A program made the position numbers and the translations under genes. 64,000 bases of DNA from the human T2T-CHM13v2.0 reference genome, Homo sapiens, in NCBI RefSeq assembly GCF_009914755.1, contig NC_060928.1. The stretch is one strand, 5' to 3'. This document shows positions 51,730-64,000 of this stretch, piece after piece. Within the stretch, counting starts at the first letter, position 1, and every line of letters begins with the position of its first letter. The notes beneath the pieces were generated by a model, which saw only the letters and a program-made list of their open reading frames with translations, was not told the origin of the DNA and ran no database searches.

Positions 51730-52520
51730 TAAAAACCAAATTATTTCTACCTTAGAGAAACAATTGCATAGGGTATACAAGGAAGCATATACAAGGATGC
51801 AGCATTTATTTGCAGTAGCAAAAAACAAACAATAACTTGGAAACCACTTGTAGATCATAGAGGAATGACTAAATAAGCTATGATCCATCTAAGCCACAGA
51901 ACACTACAAAGTAGTTCAAAGGAATGAGATGGAGCTTGCATACTGATAAGGATCCATCTCTAAGACATAAAATTTTTTAAAAATATATTGTTTATATTAA
52001 AAAGACATACTTACAAACATGAAACAATACTACGTAGTTTCTACCTAGAAAAAGGTCTGTTAAGAAAATGTAGTAAACTGGGAGAGGTTGGGATGATTTG
52101 AGATTAAGAATAGTGGTGAAAGCCAGGTGCAGTGCCTCATGCCTGTAATCCCAGCACTTTGGGAGGCTGAGGTGGGCGAAACTCTTGAGGCCAGGAGTTT
52201 AAAACCAGCCTGGCCAACATGGTGAAACCTGTCCCTACTAAAAATTAAAAAAAAAAAAATTAGCTTGGCATGGTGGCGTGCACCTGTAATCCCAGCTAAT
52301 CGGGAAGCTGAGGCATGAGAATCGCTCAAACTCAGGAGGTAGAGGTTGCCCTGAGCCGAGATTGTGCCTGGGCAACAGCGCAAGACCCTGCCAAAAAAAA
52401 AAAAAAAAAAAAAAAAAAAGAAGGGTAGTGGTGAAAGGGGAGTTTAGCCTGACATATAATATTTTCAGTTTTTACAAAGAAACTGTATCCATGTTATTTA
52501 TATAGTTCAAATTTAAGTCC
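51730..52520 (+). mobile_element. Old L1ME/L1MC 3' fragment interrupted by an Alu
   Basis: catatacaaggatg...tttgcagtagcaaaaaac...gaatgactaaataagctatgatccatc...aaaggaatgagatggagc. Confidence 0.65.
52121..52420 (+). mobile_element. Alu (S/J) with a ~14-bp deletion in the right arm
   Basis: Dimer with long poly-A. TSD aagaatagtggtgaaa / aagggtagtggtgaaa. Confidence 0.92.
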
Positions 52521-54611
52521 TTTTAAACAGTCACAGTATTAAGTGGTACTTTAAAAAGCATTGACTTCTTGCATTGCTTATTTAACTAAACCCCAATATT
52601 GTCCTGAAAATCAGCTCTTTTTATGAGAGTTATTTAGTCCTGAGGTTCTGTTGTAAAGGAGCAGTGGGAAGAAAGAGGATAAACAAGCTAGAATTTGAAT
52701 TAAACTTCAGCATGGAATAAAACACCAACTTCCTTCCTTCTCCACCCTCTCTTGGATCTGAGCCCATCACTGTACTTCTCAGTGGCCACCCTACGCACCC
52801 TGACAGACATAGAATTCTAGAACCACAAAGCACCTTACAAAACCTTTGCGTCGACCCCTCATGTTTAGGTGAGAGTGCTGGTTTGCTCAAGTTAGAATCT
52901 GTTGTTCCTCTTGACTCATCCTATTCTCTATAGCCTCATTTTATAACCCTTTTGGGAGTGAAATGGAGTTGGGCTCAGTCCTTTCTGTTTAACTGGACAG
53001 AACTCCTCTCACTAATTTCAACAGAGAAAACTGGTGCTTTTTCAGAGCTGTTTACTTCCATTCTCTGGGGAATTAGTTTGTTTAATTGTATTTTGAAGAT
53101 TCCAGTTCTACAGAACTCGATTTCTTTAGTTTGTCTCTCTTAAACTCTCAACTTCTCTCCCCCTCTCACTCTCTCTTTCTGTCTCATCTTTGCTTTATTT
53201 TTGTCTTCCAATCTCTCTGCTTTTCTCTGTCTCCATGTATTTCTGTCCCTTTCCAACCTTATTCCTTCTGTCATGAACATGTTCTATTTGTTTTTTGGAA
53301 AGATGTTCTACAAAGTAAATTTTTATGAGATAAATTTTAGTAATACTTTACTAATTAAAAATATCAACTCAAAAAAAGTTAAGACCGGAAGGTAGATTTA
53401 GTTTTAATGAAGTGTTCTTCTTTTACCTTGCTTTTATGTTGCTCCTTTTTATCTCTTCATCAAGGAAACTGTATTCCTTCAAACCTCAGAGTATAATAAA
53501 TAACTTACAAGGATGCACAATTGTACATTACTCTCTTGACAGGGTGACTCAACACTGATAGGTATTATCTATATTCTTTAAATGGTTCCCTGCAGGACTA
53601 AGCCCTGTGCACATACAGAAATACAAAAGTACACAGGATAAAATGTCTGGAGGTGACTAAGCTGGCCCATTGTTATTTCCTTGCAACAACAGTTTGCTTA
53701 TGAAATTCAAGTACTTTCAAAATGACATAAGCAACTGAGGAACACATGTCAACGCTCTGTGATCTGGAGCCTTCCAAGGTAGCTCAGTAAACAGCGCATC
53801 TCTCCAGGTGAGCTTCTAGGCATTGTAGCCCTTCATGGGCTCCAAGAAGAAATGATGGTGGTCAAGCTGGCTGGGAGAGGCACGAACTGTACTGAAGCTG
53901 TGTCTTCCCAGCCTGCTTAAGAAACCTTTTTGCCAAGTGCATTTCCAAAGAGGGAATTCCAAAAAGGGACATTTCTCAGGTAGTGAATCCTTTGAACTTG
54001 AGCCTTTTGGCATTTTCATTTACATCTGCTTAAACAGACACATGACCAGCATTTATCAGTCTAGCACTTGCTGGGGCATTCTTCCTTCCAAACCGTAAAA
54101 GGAATCTGTGATAAAATTATGATTTTTTAAATACTTGACAGGCTGGGACCTGTAGAAAACTCAGAGTTCTGGCAGAAATATAAAATCAATTGAGTTTCAT
54201 CTGAACCATTCTTTGCCTTTTGAGACCCTTTGATAAATCTCAGATGGAAATTCTTCAGTCTCACAGAAGCTTAGGAGGGTAACTGTACACTTTGATTTTT
54301 GACTTTATCATGTAATTGGGGTGGCATTTTTATTGACAGGTTGTTCACTAGATCAGTGGGTTTATTAATCTCTTTTTCTAACCAAGTAACTTGATAGGAC
54401 TTCATTTAAAAGTCATTGTAGTGTCTGTAACTGGGCTCACCTTGGGCAGAGATCATAGGTTGCTGAAGTCGACATTTTCTTATAAAGACCCCATACAAAC
54501 AGGACAACAATCCAATCAAGTTGGGAAAATTGGGGAATTTAACATGGCTACCATCTTCTTATTTTTGAATGACTGCAACTGTCATCTTTGCTTGCAGAGG
54601 GAGAAGGAAGA

Positions 54612-55548
<937 letters not shown>

Positions 55549-56855
55549 AATAAATATTTGCTTAATTAATTGTATCTAAAAAGCCTAACGCAAGGTCCAG
55601 CAGTTACTTAGACTTCACCGAATCCAATGAACCACTGATGGTGAAATGCACTGCAATTTTATATACCATTAAGAAAGATAAAAAAGGGTGGAAATGCCTC
55701 CAAAAAGCATGACATAATGCTTAATAAAACAATGACATTATAATTTCTTCTTGGATATATTTTTCTATTTGGTATAAGAGACATATTTAGTCACAGATAT
55801 TTATCTTATCTCTTACACATACATAAAAAGAAAAATATAAACAAAAGTAATTGGTTCAATTTTCTAAACTTCTTTATATGTGTGAGTCTAAATTTGCTGA
55901 ATTACCTTTCAAATAGAGTGATCAGTGTCCCTGACTTTCCCACAGTATCCATCTTCTGTACCATCTAGAGTGTTGGTGCTACACTATTTCTTAAAAGAGT
56001 ACTCCTCTATTATCCCTGGGAATTTTCATCCAAGCCGCTGACACCTACCATTAGGCAAGTTTGAGGGCTAGTTCCTTACCGATTTTTGCCAAAGGTTAGA
56101 TTTCAAACAATGGCCCTGATTCATGTGCCTTCCTCAAACATAAACGTCAGTTGACAGAAACACGAAGGGGCTCAGTTATCCAATTGTGCCACCAAAAAGA
56201 ATAGCCAACTAGTACATCATGATTGCTTCTAGCTGACAGTATTTGTAAGCCACCAGCAATGTTAAAACTGATCACAGTTTTAGAGTTAATAAAATGTGAC
56301 TATGTGTCTGATTTAGAATCAATGCAATATAATATTAATAGTATATGCTTAGTAAGTATTGTTGAATGAGTGAGATTGACAGAGAGGAAGTACATAGAGA
56401 AATAGATCTAGGAAGTTACTCCCCAGTGCATAAAAAATTTCATATTCAAACTCTTCTCTCATTGACTGAAAAATACTATGTGCCAAGCCCCAATGCTTGG
56501 TTTATTTATATACATTGTCTCATTTAATTAAATAATATAACACATAATTTCCAGGTGTTATAATCAGTTCCCAAAGTAAAAAACAGATCTACTTTAGGTA
56601 TTATTCTGTCTCCAGAACTCCACATTGACCTAGACTCACAACAATATCACAATGACCATTAATTTTCATAGTTTTGCAATCAGAAAATATCTTCATAATC
56701 ATTAAGAAAAGATTGAGTTCAGCATAGTTTTATTGTCAAAAATATTCTATAATAATTCCAAAAGACTGATCATCTGTGAATTGTGCACATATTTTTTAAT
56801 TAAAAATTTTTATTAACTTGAAATGTTCCATATGGTTTCAAAAATCAACTATTAG

Positions 56856-56990
56856 AGCCAGGTGCAGTGGCTCACACCTGTAATCCCAGCTACTTGGGAG
56901 GCTGAGGTGAGAGGATCACTTGACCCCAGAAGTTCAAGACCAGCCAGCAACATAGTGAGACCCTGCTTCTAAATAAATAAACAAATTTTA
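56856..56990 (+). mobile_element. FLAM Alu monomer
   Basis: Single monomer with an A-rich tail. TSD aaaaatcaactatta / aagaatcacctatta. Confidence 0.85.
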
Positions 56991-57323
56991 AAGAATCACC
57001 TATTAAACTGAAACGCAAGGACCTATGTTCTTAACTCAAAGATGGGATAAATAGCTAGAAAAATTCATTTCAGTCTTGGATTTGAAAAGGACTGGAATGG
57101 TACAAACAATTCCAAAAGATATTTTAAAACTGTCAAAATAATTATTGAAACAAAATCAAATTTAATTATCTCTAATTTTAAAATACTGTGTAAGCACGCT
57201 ATGCAGGACAGGAATTAGGAGACTAGGTGTTGTACTCCAAAAGTTAAGAAATATCCAGTTCAGTAAAACCTCCACCCACATCTATTTAAGCTCAATTCTC
57301 ATAAAAGCAGGGCTGTGTGCATC

Positions 57324-57328
<5 letters not shown>

Positions 57329-57368
<40 letters not shown>
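57329..57368. repeat. (GT)n dinucleotide microsatellite, about 19 units
   Basis: Uninterrupted gtgtgt... run. Confidence 0.95.
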
Positions 57369-57371
<3 letters not shown>

Positions 57372-58135
57372 ACCAAAAATACCCAATTATCAGATCGGTG
57401 ATATTCACAGCTCTTCTGATGCTGATCTTTTCAGATGATGATCTTCAGATGATGATTTTTGCTGTTCTAAGTGATGTATTAATGCTCACTTCCTTCTAGC
57501 CACAGAGCCTTGGCCCCACAAGTTGCCTGGAGGCAGCTCTGACCTACATGCAGTCAAATCATCCCAGTCACATCAGTCTCCAGGGTGATTTGAAGTGTGG
57601 GTAGTTGACATCTAAGGGATAAGTGGGAGGAAGTTCTGTGGCTGGTCTGACAGTAAGGAGGCTAATTCCTGAAAGGCAGAGAGATAAAATGTCACTCACT
57701 CCTATGAGCCCCTGTGGTTTTCAGAGCAGGATCCGATGTGTTTTCTGCCACAGTCTTAATAGGGCAATAAGTGGAGAAGGAAATGGGTGGGAGTTCTGCA
57801 AGCTTGCCAATATGTGAATGCACCCAACAATGAAGACGAGCTTTTAGTTCCCTTCCCTGGTCACTAGCCACAATGTGCATGGTGGTCAGGAGCTCTGTAT
57901 CCATATGGTGAGAGTGATGCTTTGAGGTTTTGCTTGTTTTTTAATATTAGAGTGGGCAGCTCTCAATTGGATTGTCAAGCTAATATACATAGCAGCATGA
58001 AAGCCCTGCATTTACAATTAGTTCCCAGTTGAAATGGAATTATCCTTACTAATGACATGAGGGACTTTCTGATTGGGGTTCGAGATTAGAGGCATTTATT
58101 TACCTGTGTAAAGGCCAATGCAGGAGAAACCTATA

Positions 58136-58866
<731 letters not shown>

Positions 58867-58985
58867 CCATACCTCAGGAGAAGGAGAGAATCCACGGAAC
58901 CCAGGAAAGAAAAGAAAGCCATGCTCCCGGGGAATCTCTCAGTGGCAGAATTCCAGGCTCCAGTGGTCCATGTTCATCCTGTTGC

Positions 58986-59236
58986 CAGGGCCAATATCCC
59001 CAGCAGGCACAAAGGGCACAGCGACTAGAGACTCACAATATGTTTAGGGCCCATGGACAGATTTTTATTTCTTTAGAAATCCGGAGGAAAAAATAAAGTT
59101 TTAGGTCAAAGAACATGTTTTAATGGGTAATGTTAATACATTCACCTTTATTCTAACCTGGTCATAAAATATACTTTTTACTTTTTTTCTAAGGAGGAAG
59201 TGCCTACTGCTCCTGAAAGTTACCATGCAGCCTTGC
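58986..59236. mobile_element. ORSL-like hAT-Tip100 MITE (second copy)
   Basis: cagggcc...gcacagcgactagag...tttagggcccatgg...ttttaggtcaaagaacatgttttaa...ggtcataaaatata. Confidence 0.7.
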
Positions 59237-59384
59237 CTGTGATATTAGGTTAAATGATACAATATTGCTGACAACCAATTGTTTCAGGTCTACGAAACAG
59301 TTTTGATCTACTTACTACATATCTCTCGGACGACCCTTTCCTGGTTTGTAGAAAATCTCAACTCAAGCCAGGTAAAGAAGGTAA

Positions 59385-59565
59385 TCCATTTCTTTCTCTC
59401 CCTTTCTCCTTTTCTTCTCTCTCCTTTTTCTCTATTTCTTTCCCCTTTTCCTTCTATGTGTTTCCTGGGTAGTGGGTTCTCTGTCTCTCTCTCTCTCCCC
59501 TTTCATCTTCCCCTCTCCCCCACTCTCTCTCCTTTTTCACCTCTCCTTCTGTCCCTATTTTCTTG
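59385..59565. repeat. CT-rich low-complexity tract
   Basis: Nearly pure pyrimidine stretches. Confidence 0.75.
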
Positions 59566-59807
59566 GACTTTCTTACAGAACCAGAAGATCAGTCATCTAT
59601 AGTCCTCTGGGCTCCCCAAAGAACCTTGAACTGTCACAGGCACTCACTGTGCTCCTTCTACCCTCAATGCTATCTCTATCCTCTTTCTCTAAGTCATAGA
59701 TGAGTTCCAGAAGAGATCAGAAAGACCAGGTGAACTCAGATCAGGGATATCCTTAAGCTCTCTGGGGGTTGGGGCAGGAGACAAGGTCCACAGACAAACT
59801 AATGTCT

Positions 59808-60113
59808 TTCTTTTCTTTTTCATTTTACAAACAGGATCTCACCTTGTTGCCCAGGCTGGAGTGCAGTGGTGCAATCATAGCTCACTGTAACCTCAGACTC
59901 CTGGGCTCAAGCAATCCTCCCCACTCAGCCTCCTGAAGATCTGAGACTACAGGCTCACACCATCATGCCTGGCTAACTGAAAAAAAAAAAATTTATCAAA
60001 ACAAGGTCTCACTATGTTACCCAGGCTGGTCTTGAACTCCTGGCCTCAAGTGAGCCTCTTGTTTTGGCCTCCCAAAATGCTGGGGTAACAGGCATGAGAC
60101 ATTGCTCCTGGCC
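59808..60113 (-). mobile_element. AluJ
   Basis: gcaatcatagctcactg...ctcctgggctcaagcaatcctcc...ctcctggcctcaagtg. Degenerate TSD actaatgtctt / actaatttctt. Confidence 0.9.
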
Positions 60114-60979
60114 AGACTAATTTCTTAAACTGTTTTGCTCCTCCCACACTCTTTATCTTTAGTTGCTGGGATCTTGACCTGGTAGGGAAAGTGTGGAGGA
60201 AGGAGAAAAAATGATTCTACCTATTTGCTTATCCTTAAAAATTTTTCCCATTTTAATATTTAGGACAAAAATGTGATGTTAAATTTATTTTGCAAGAATT
60301 TGCATTTTTTCCTTTCTGATCTCATCATTGAAAACCCCTAAAGAAATGAATGCCCCCTGATCTAGCTACATAAATAGGAAGTCACCAGATAAATAAGGTA
60401 AAAAGGGAAATAAGGACCAGGGCATAGAGCACATCTGCTATAACTTCCCCTATCACTCTAGCACAAATACTAATTAAATCCATTAGGGACAAACCATAGA
60501 GTTGGCTGTCATGGCGATTCTGTGGATAGAGTCCTGTCCTCAAGGAACTACATTTAGTGGAGAAAAGTAACGTACATAAATAATACAAGAAAATGAACAT
60601 AAATGAGGAAGGAGGAAGTGCTCAGCGGGGGATTGATAGAAAAGCAGCCAGTATCCAGGCTCCCTCTTGGCGATGAAAGGAGCTTAAAAGCTATTCCGTG
60701 GTCACAGATGATGGCGGATTATCCACTCCAGTCTGTGGCCCAATGAGAAGGCTGAGTGACTTCTGTTAAAAAACCCAGCCCAGAAGTGTGGTTAAATATT
60801 CGGGCTTAGAGAAGTACTGCAGAGCCTGGAGGAAGAGGACACCTTTAGGCAAGGTGAGAAAAGAAAGGAATGACTGAACTCTCATGATACAGAGCTGTGA
60901 AGGGAGAAGCAGTCAGAGACTACATGGATTTGGTTCAGGGCTTTCATTTATCTGAAGATGTCAAAGAACTTTTGTGTTA

Positions 60980-61282
<303 letters not shown>

Positions 61283-62360
61283 CTCTGGGAGAAGAAAATG
61301 AGGAAGGAGGCCATATTATTATCCAGCTTCTAGAGAGAGAGTAACAAAAGCAAAATGGTTAGCTTTGAATTTATAGCAAGTCATTAGTGGAACAAGAACT
61401 GCAGAGGAGAAGGCGCAACTTCCTTTTTGTGCCAACTTTGTCTGGACTTAAATGATGAATTTGGAAGAGTGAGGTGGAGTTGGGGAGTAGTAAAGCATTA
61501 AATAACCAACCATGACTAACTGCTGAGTTTAGCCTGAATGAATTCATTCTGCAAACATAGCTGTCATCAAAACATAGCTTACGCAAGACTCCCAAATGTG
61601 CTGCATGTCACAACGTATAACTACAAATCCATGCTTTCTCTGCAAGGTCATAATCAACTGTCTGTGGTGTAGCATTTGGTATGGTTGGATAACATGGAAT
61701 GGTCGCCCCAGGTGATTTCAGTTTTTATGAAAGTAGAATAGGGTAAGCATTTTATTCACTGCGTTGTTGAAGATAGATTTGTGAGGTCAACAGAGTTTTG
61801 TGGCTGCTGTTTTTAATTCGAAGAACATGCTACAACAGAATACAGCTACCTTATAGTACAAACCCAAATTTTTATTCTAGTTCTGTATTGAGCTAGCTAC
61901 ATAAGGCATAATTACTTTATCTTAAAACGAGGCCCCTTCTAGTCTTAGAGTGCTATGATTACCCTGTTTGGTTATTGTGAACAGCCTGGTAGGCACTTTT
62001 CTCTGAGAAGATAGGGGAACAGCTGAGAAACAATGTAAGACACCGTTAAATCTACTTACAACTGAAGGTAGGAAGAAAATTAATGAATTAAGTAGGGACT
62101 CTGTGGATTTCTTTCCTACTCTTTTCCTTATCCACTAATCCTAGCTTTCAAAAAAAAGGTGGGGAATATGTAAAATGAACTGCTATAAAGGGGTGAGCCA
62201 TAGGATACTCAAACCTAGTACTTCTCCACCGAGCCCATACACCAAAAAAGGCATATAGATAGAAGTTTTGACCCACGCTTGTGGTATTTTGAAAATGGGC
62301 CACGTATTTAAGAAATACCAAATTATAAATATTAGCTATATATTAGAGCTTGGTCTAGAC

Positions 62361-62581
62361 CAGGGTTTCTCAGCCTCAGCACTACTGACATTTAGAGTGT
62401 ATAATTCCTTGTTGCAGGGAGCTGAGCTGTGCATTGTAAGATGTTTAGCAGAATCCCTGGACACTGCTCACTAGATGTCAATAGCAAACTGTCCCACCTT
62501 CTAATTTTGGTAATCAAAAATGTCCTCAGACATTACCAATGTCTTCTGGGTGGTAAAGTCACCCTCTTTTAAGAACCACTG
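62361..62581. mobile_element. MER20 (hAT-Charlie)
   Basis: cagggtttctcagcctcagcactactgacattt...tgtcctcagacattacca...aagaaccactg, with perfect 8-bp TSD GTCTAGAC (62353-62360, 62582-62589). Confidence 0.92.
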
Positions 62582-62669
62582 GTCTAGACAAAATGATGAG
62601 GGATATTATAATGTTTTATTTTGATGTGTCTGTCCCTGTCACCTTTCCTGTCTCCTGCCTCGGGCATTT

Positions 62670-62850
62670 CTCTATTCATTTATTTAAGAGGTGTTTATTA
62701 AATAACGACTACGTGCCAGGCACTGTGCTAGGAGATGAGGATACAGTAGTGAAAAAGAAAATGGTCCCTAATCATGGAGTTTACAATTTCACAGGGGAGA
62801 CAATGTGAAACAAATAATTCTAAATAATACAGCATACAAAACAGAAATAC
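62670..62850 (-). mobile_element. L2 3' end
   Basis: attcatttattt...ctacgtgccaggcactgtgctaggagatgaggatacagtagtg...catggagtttaca. Confidence 0.8.
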
Positions 62851-63099
62851 AGGTTACCTGCACACACAATTACAACCACTGTTTCCCCTAATCCTATTAA
62901 TATTATAGTAGATGGTTTAAGAAGGAATTAATCTACAAGAGAATGACAGTAGTAGAGGGATAGAACAACACAATTTTGAAAACTAGGAAGTAGATGGAGG
63001 AACTAGAGTGCAATATTATAATAAGAAATATATACTTGATCTCTGCCTCATTTTCTATCACATAGCTCAGAAAACCCTCAGAATCTCTGAAGTAATATG

Positions 63100-63270
63100 T
63101 GCCTTTTTCTATGCCACTGAGGTGTCTAATGGCTGGAAGACGACAGAACAATACCTTCAATGTTCTGAAGAAAAAATCTAATAATCAAGAATTCTATATC
63201 CATCCAAACTATTAAATAAGTGATAAATAGAAGACATTTCAAGACATTCAAGGTCTCAAATTATTTCCTA
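63100..63270 (+). mobile_element. Ancient L1M/HAL1 ORF1 fragment
   Basis: gaacaataccttcaatgttctgaag...agaattctatatccatccaaacta (RILYPSKL-like). Confidence 0.55.
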
Positions 63271-63271
63271 T

Positions 63272-63518
63272 ATGTTACAGTTTTATGTGGCTTCATGGAA
63301 AAGATCTCAAAACTTAGTGACTTGTAGCAACTATATCTTTTGATTCCAAGAATTTGGATGGAGCACAGAGGAGACAGATTGTCTCTATTTCTCAATGTCT
63401 ATTATCTCAGATGGGTGAGTTGAACAGCTTGGGGGTTGCTGGGCATTTCTCTCTTTCCACAAAGTCTTTCACAGGTTTAGTTTGGGCTTTCTCACAGGCC
63501 ACAGTGTGGGTTCCAATG
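63272..63518 (-). mobile_element. Old MLT1 (H-like) LTR fragment
   Basis: ctcaaaacttagtgacttgtagcaac...gctgggcatttctctct...ttgggctttctcacag. Confidence 0.55.
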
Positions 63519-63519
63519 G

Positions 63520-64000
63520 GGATGCTCCATCACCGCCACTGCCATCACCCATATCACACCAGCTTCCAAGGGCCCAAGAACTTGCTCACATGCCCAGCAA
63601 CCCCCCCTCCCCCGCCATTGGCACTACCAGCACCCTCCCAAGCCACCTAGAGGCAAGGATCAACCCTCCTGGACCCAATAACACCAGTGCCGGCACAAGC
63701 TGCCTTGAAGCCAAAGAACAGGCATGCTAAGCTCACCACTACCACCACTGAGACCTGGTGACTGGCCCATGGCATCCTACTCCCCAGCAAAACTTCATCA
63801 CAGTCTCAAATAATAACCACATCATAAGCCACTGAGTAAATCACAGATACCACTGATACTGTTTATAGCCAAAGAAGTCATACAGAAATTACAATACTGC
63901 ATGCTCCCAAAAGAAAAGCCAAAGTGCCCTACCCAACCAACAACGTTATATACACCTTCAGGAGAAAGTCCTTCCCTAAGAAAGCAATTTCAAAAAATTG
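63520..64000 (+). mobile_element. L1M1/L1MA-type 5'UTR region running off the window end
   Basis: ccactgccatcaccc repeats, ccccagcaaaacttcatcacagtctc...agccactgag...aagccaaagtgccctacccaacc...caaaaaattg. Confidence 0.7.

Noticed and set aside
57425-57545. ATGATGA ... CTGA suggesting a C/D-box snoRNA
   Set aside because: The boxes come from a small tandem repeat (atcttcagatgatg) and there is no terminal stem or recognisable guide.

Overview
Primate genomic DNA (human or great-ape-like, judged from AluY and L1PA3-type sequence), intronic or intergenic. I can support no protein-coding gene, rRNA, tRNA or CRISPR array. About half the window is interspersed repeat: five + strand L1 pieces, about 12 Alu/FLAM SINEs, MaLR/ERVL solo LTRs, MIR/L2 relics and DNA-transposon fossils (Tigger2, MER44, Tigger3-type, MER85, MER33, MER20, MER1B, ORSL, Arthur1), several nested up to four layers deep. 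The long ORFs in the track are decayed L1, Tigger or Alu frames. The notable structures are: (1) a 6.1-kb L1 that appears chimeric, with an L1PA3-type 5' part, an L1PA7-type 3' part, no TSD and an open, extended ORF0; (2) a 143-bp non-repeat polyadenylated retro-insert between perfect 19-bp TSDs; (3) a ~200-bp locally templated direct-plus-inverted copy of a nearby LTR joined at a 4-bp microhomology; (4) a 26-nt tailless U6 snRNA retrocopy with 17-bp TSDs; (5) a MER85 keeping the PGBD3/CSB-PGBD3-binding palindrome. Subfamily names come from remembered consensus sequences and need Dfam/RepeatMasker confirmation. I found no evidence of a new multi-gene biological system.
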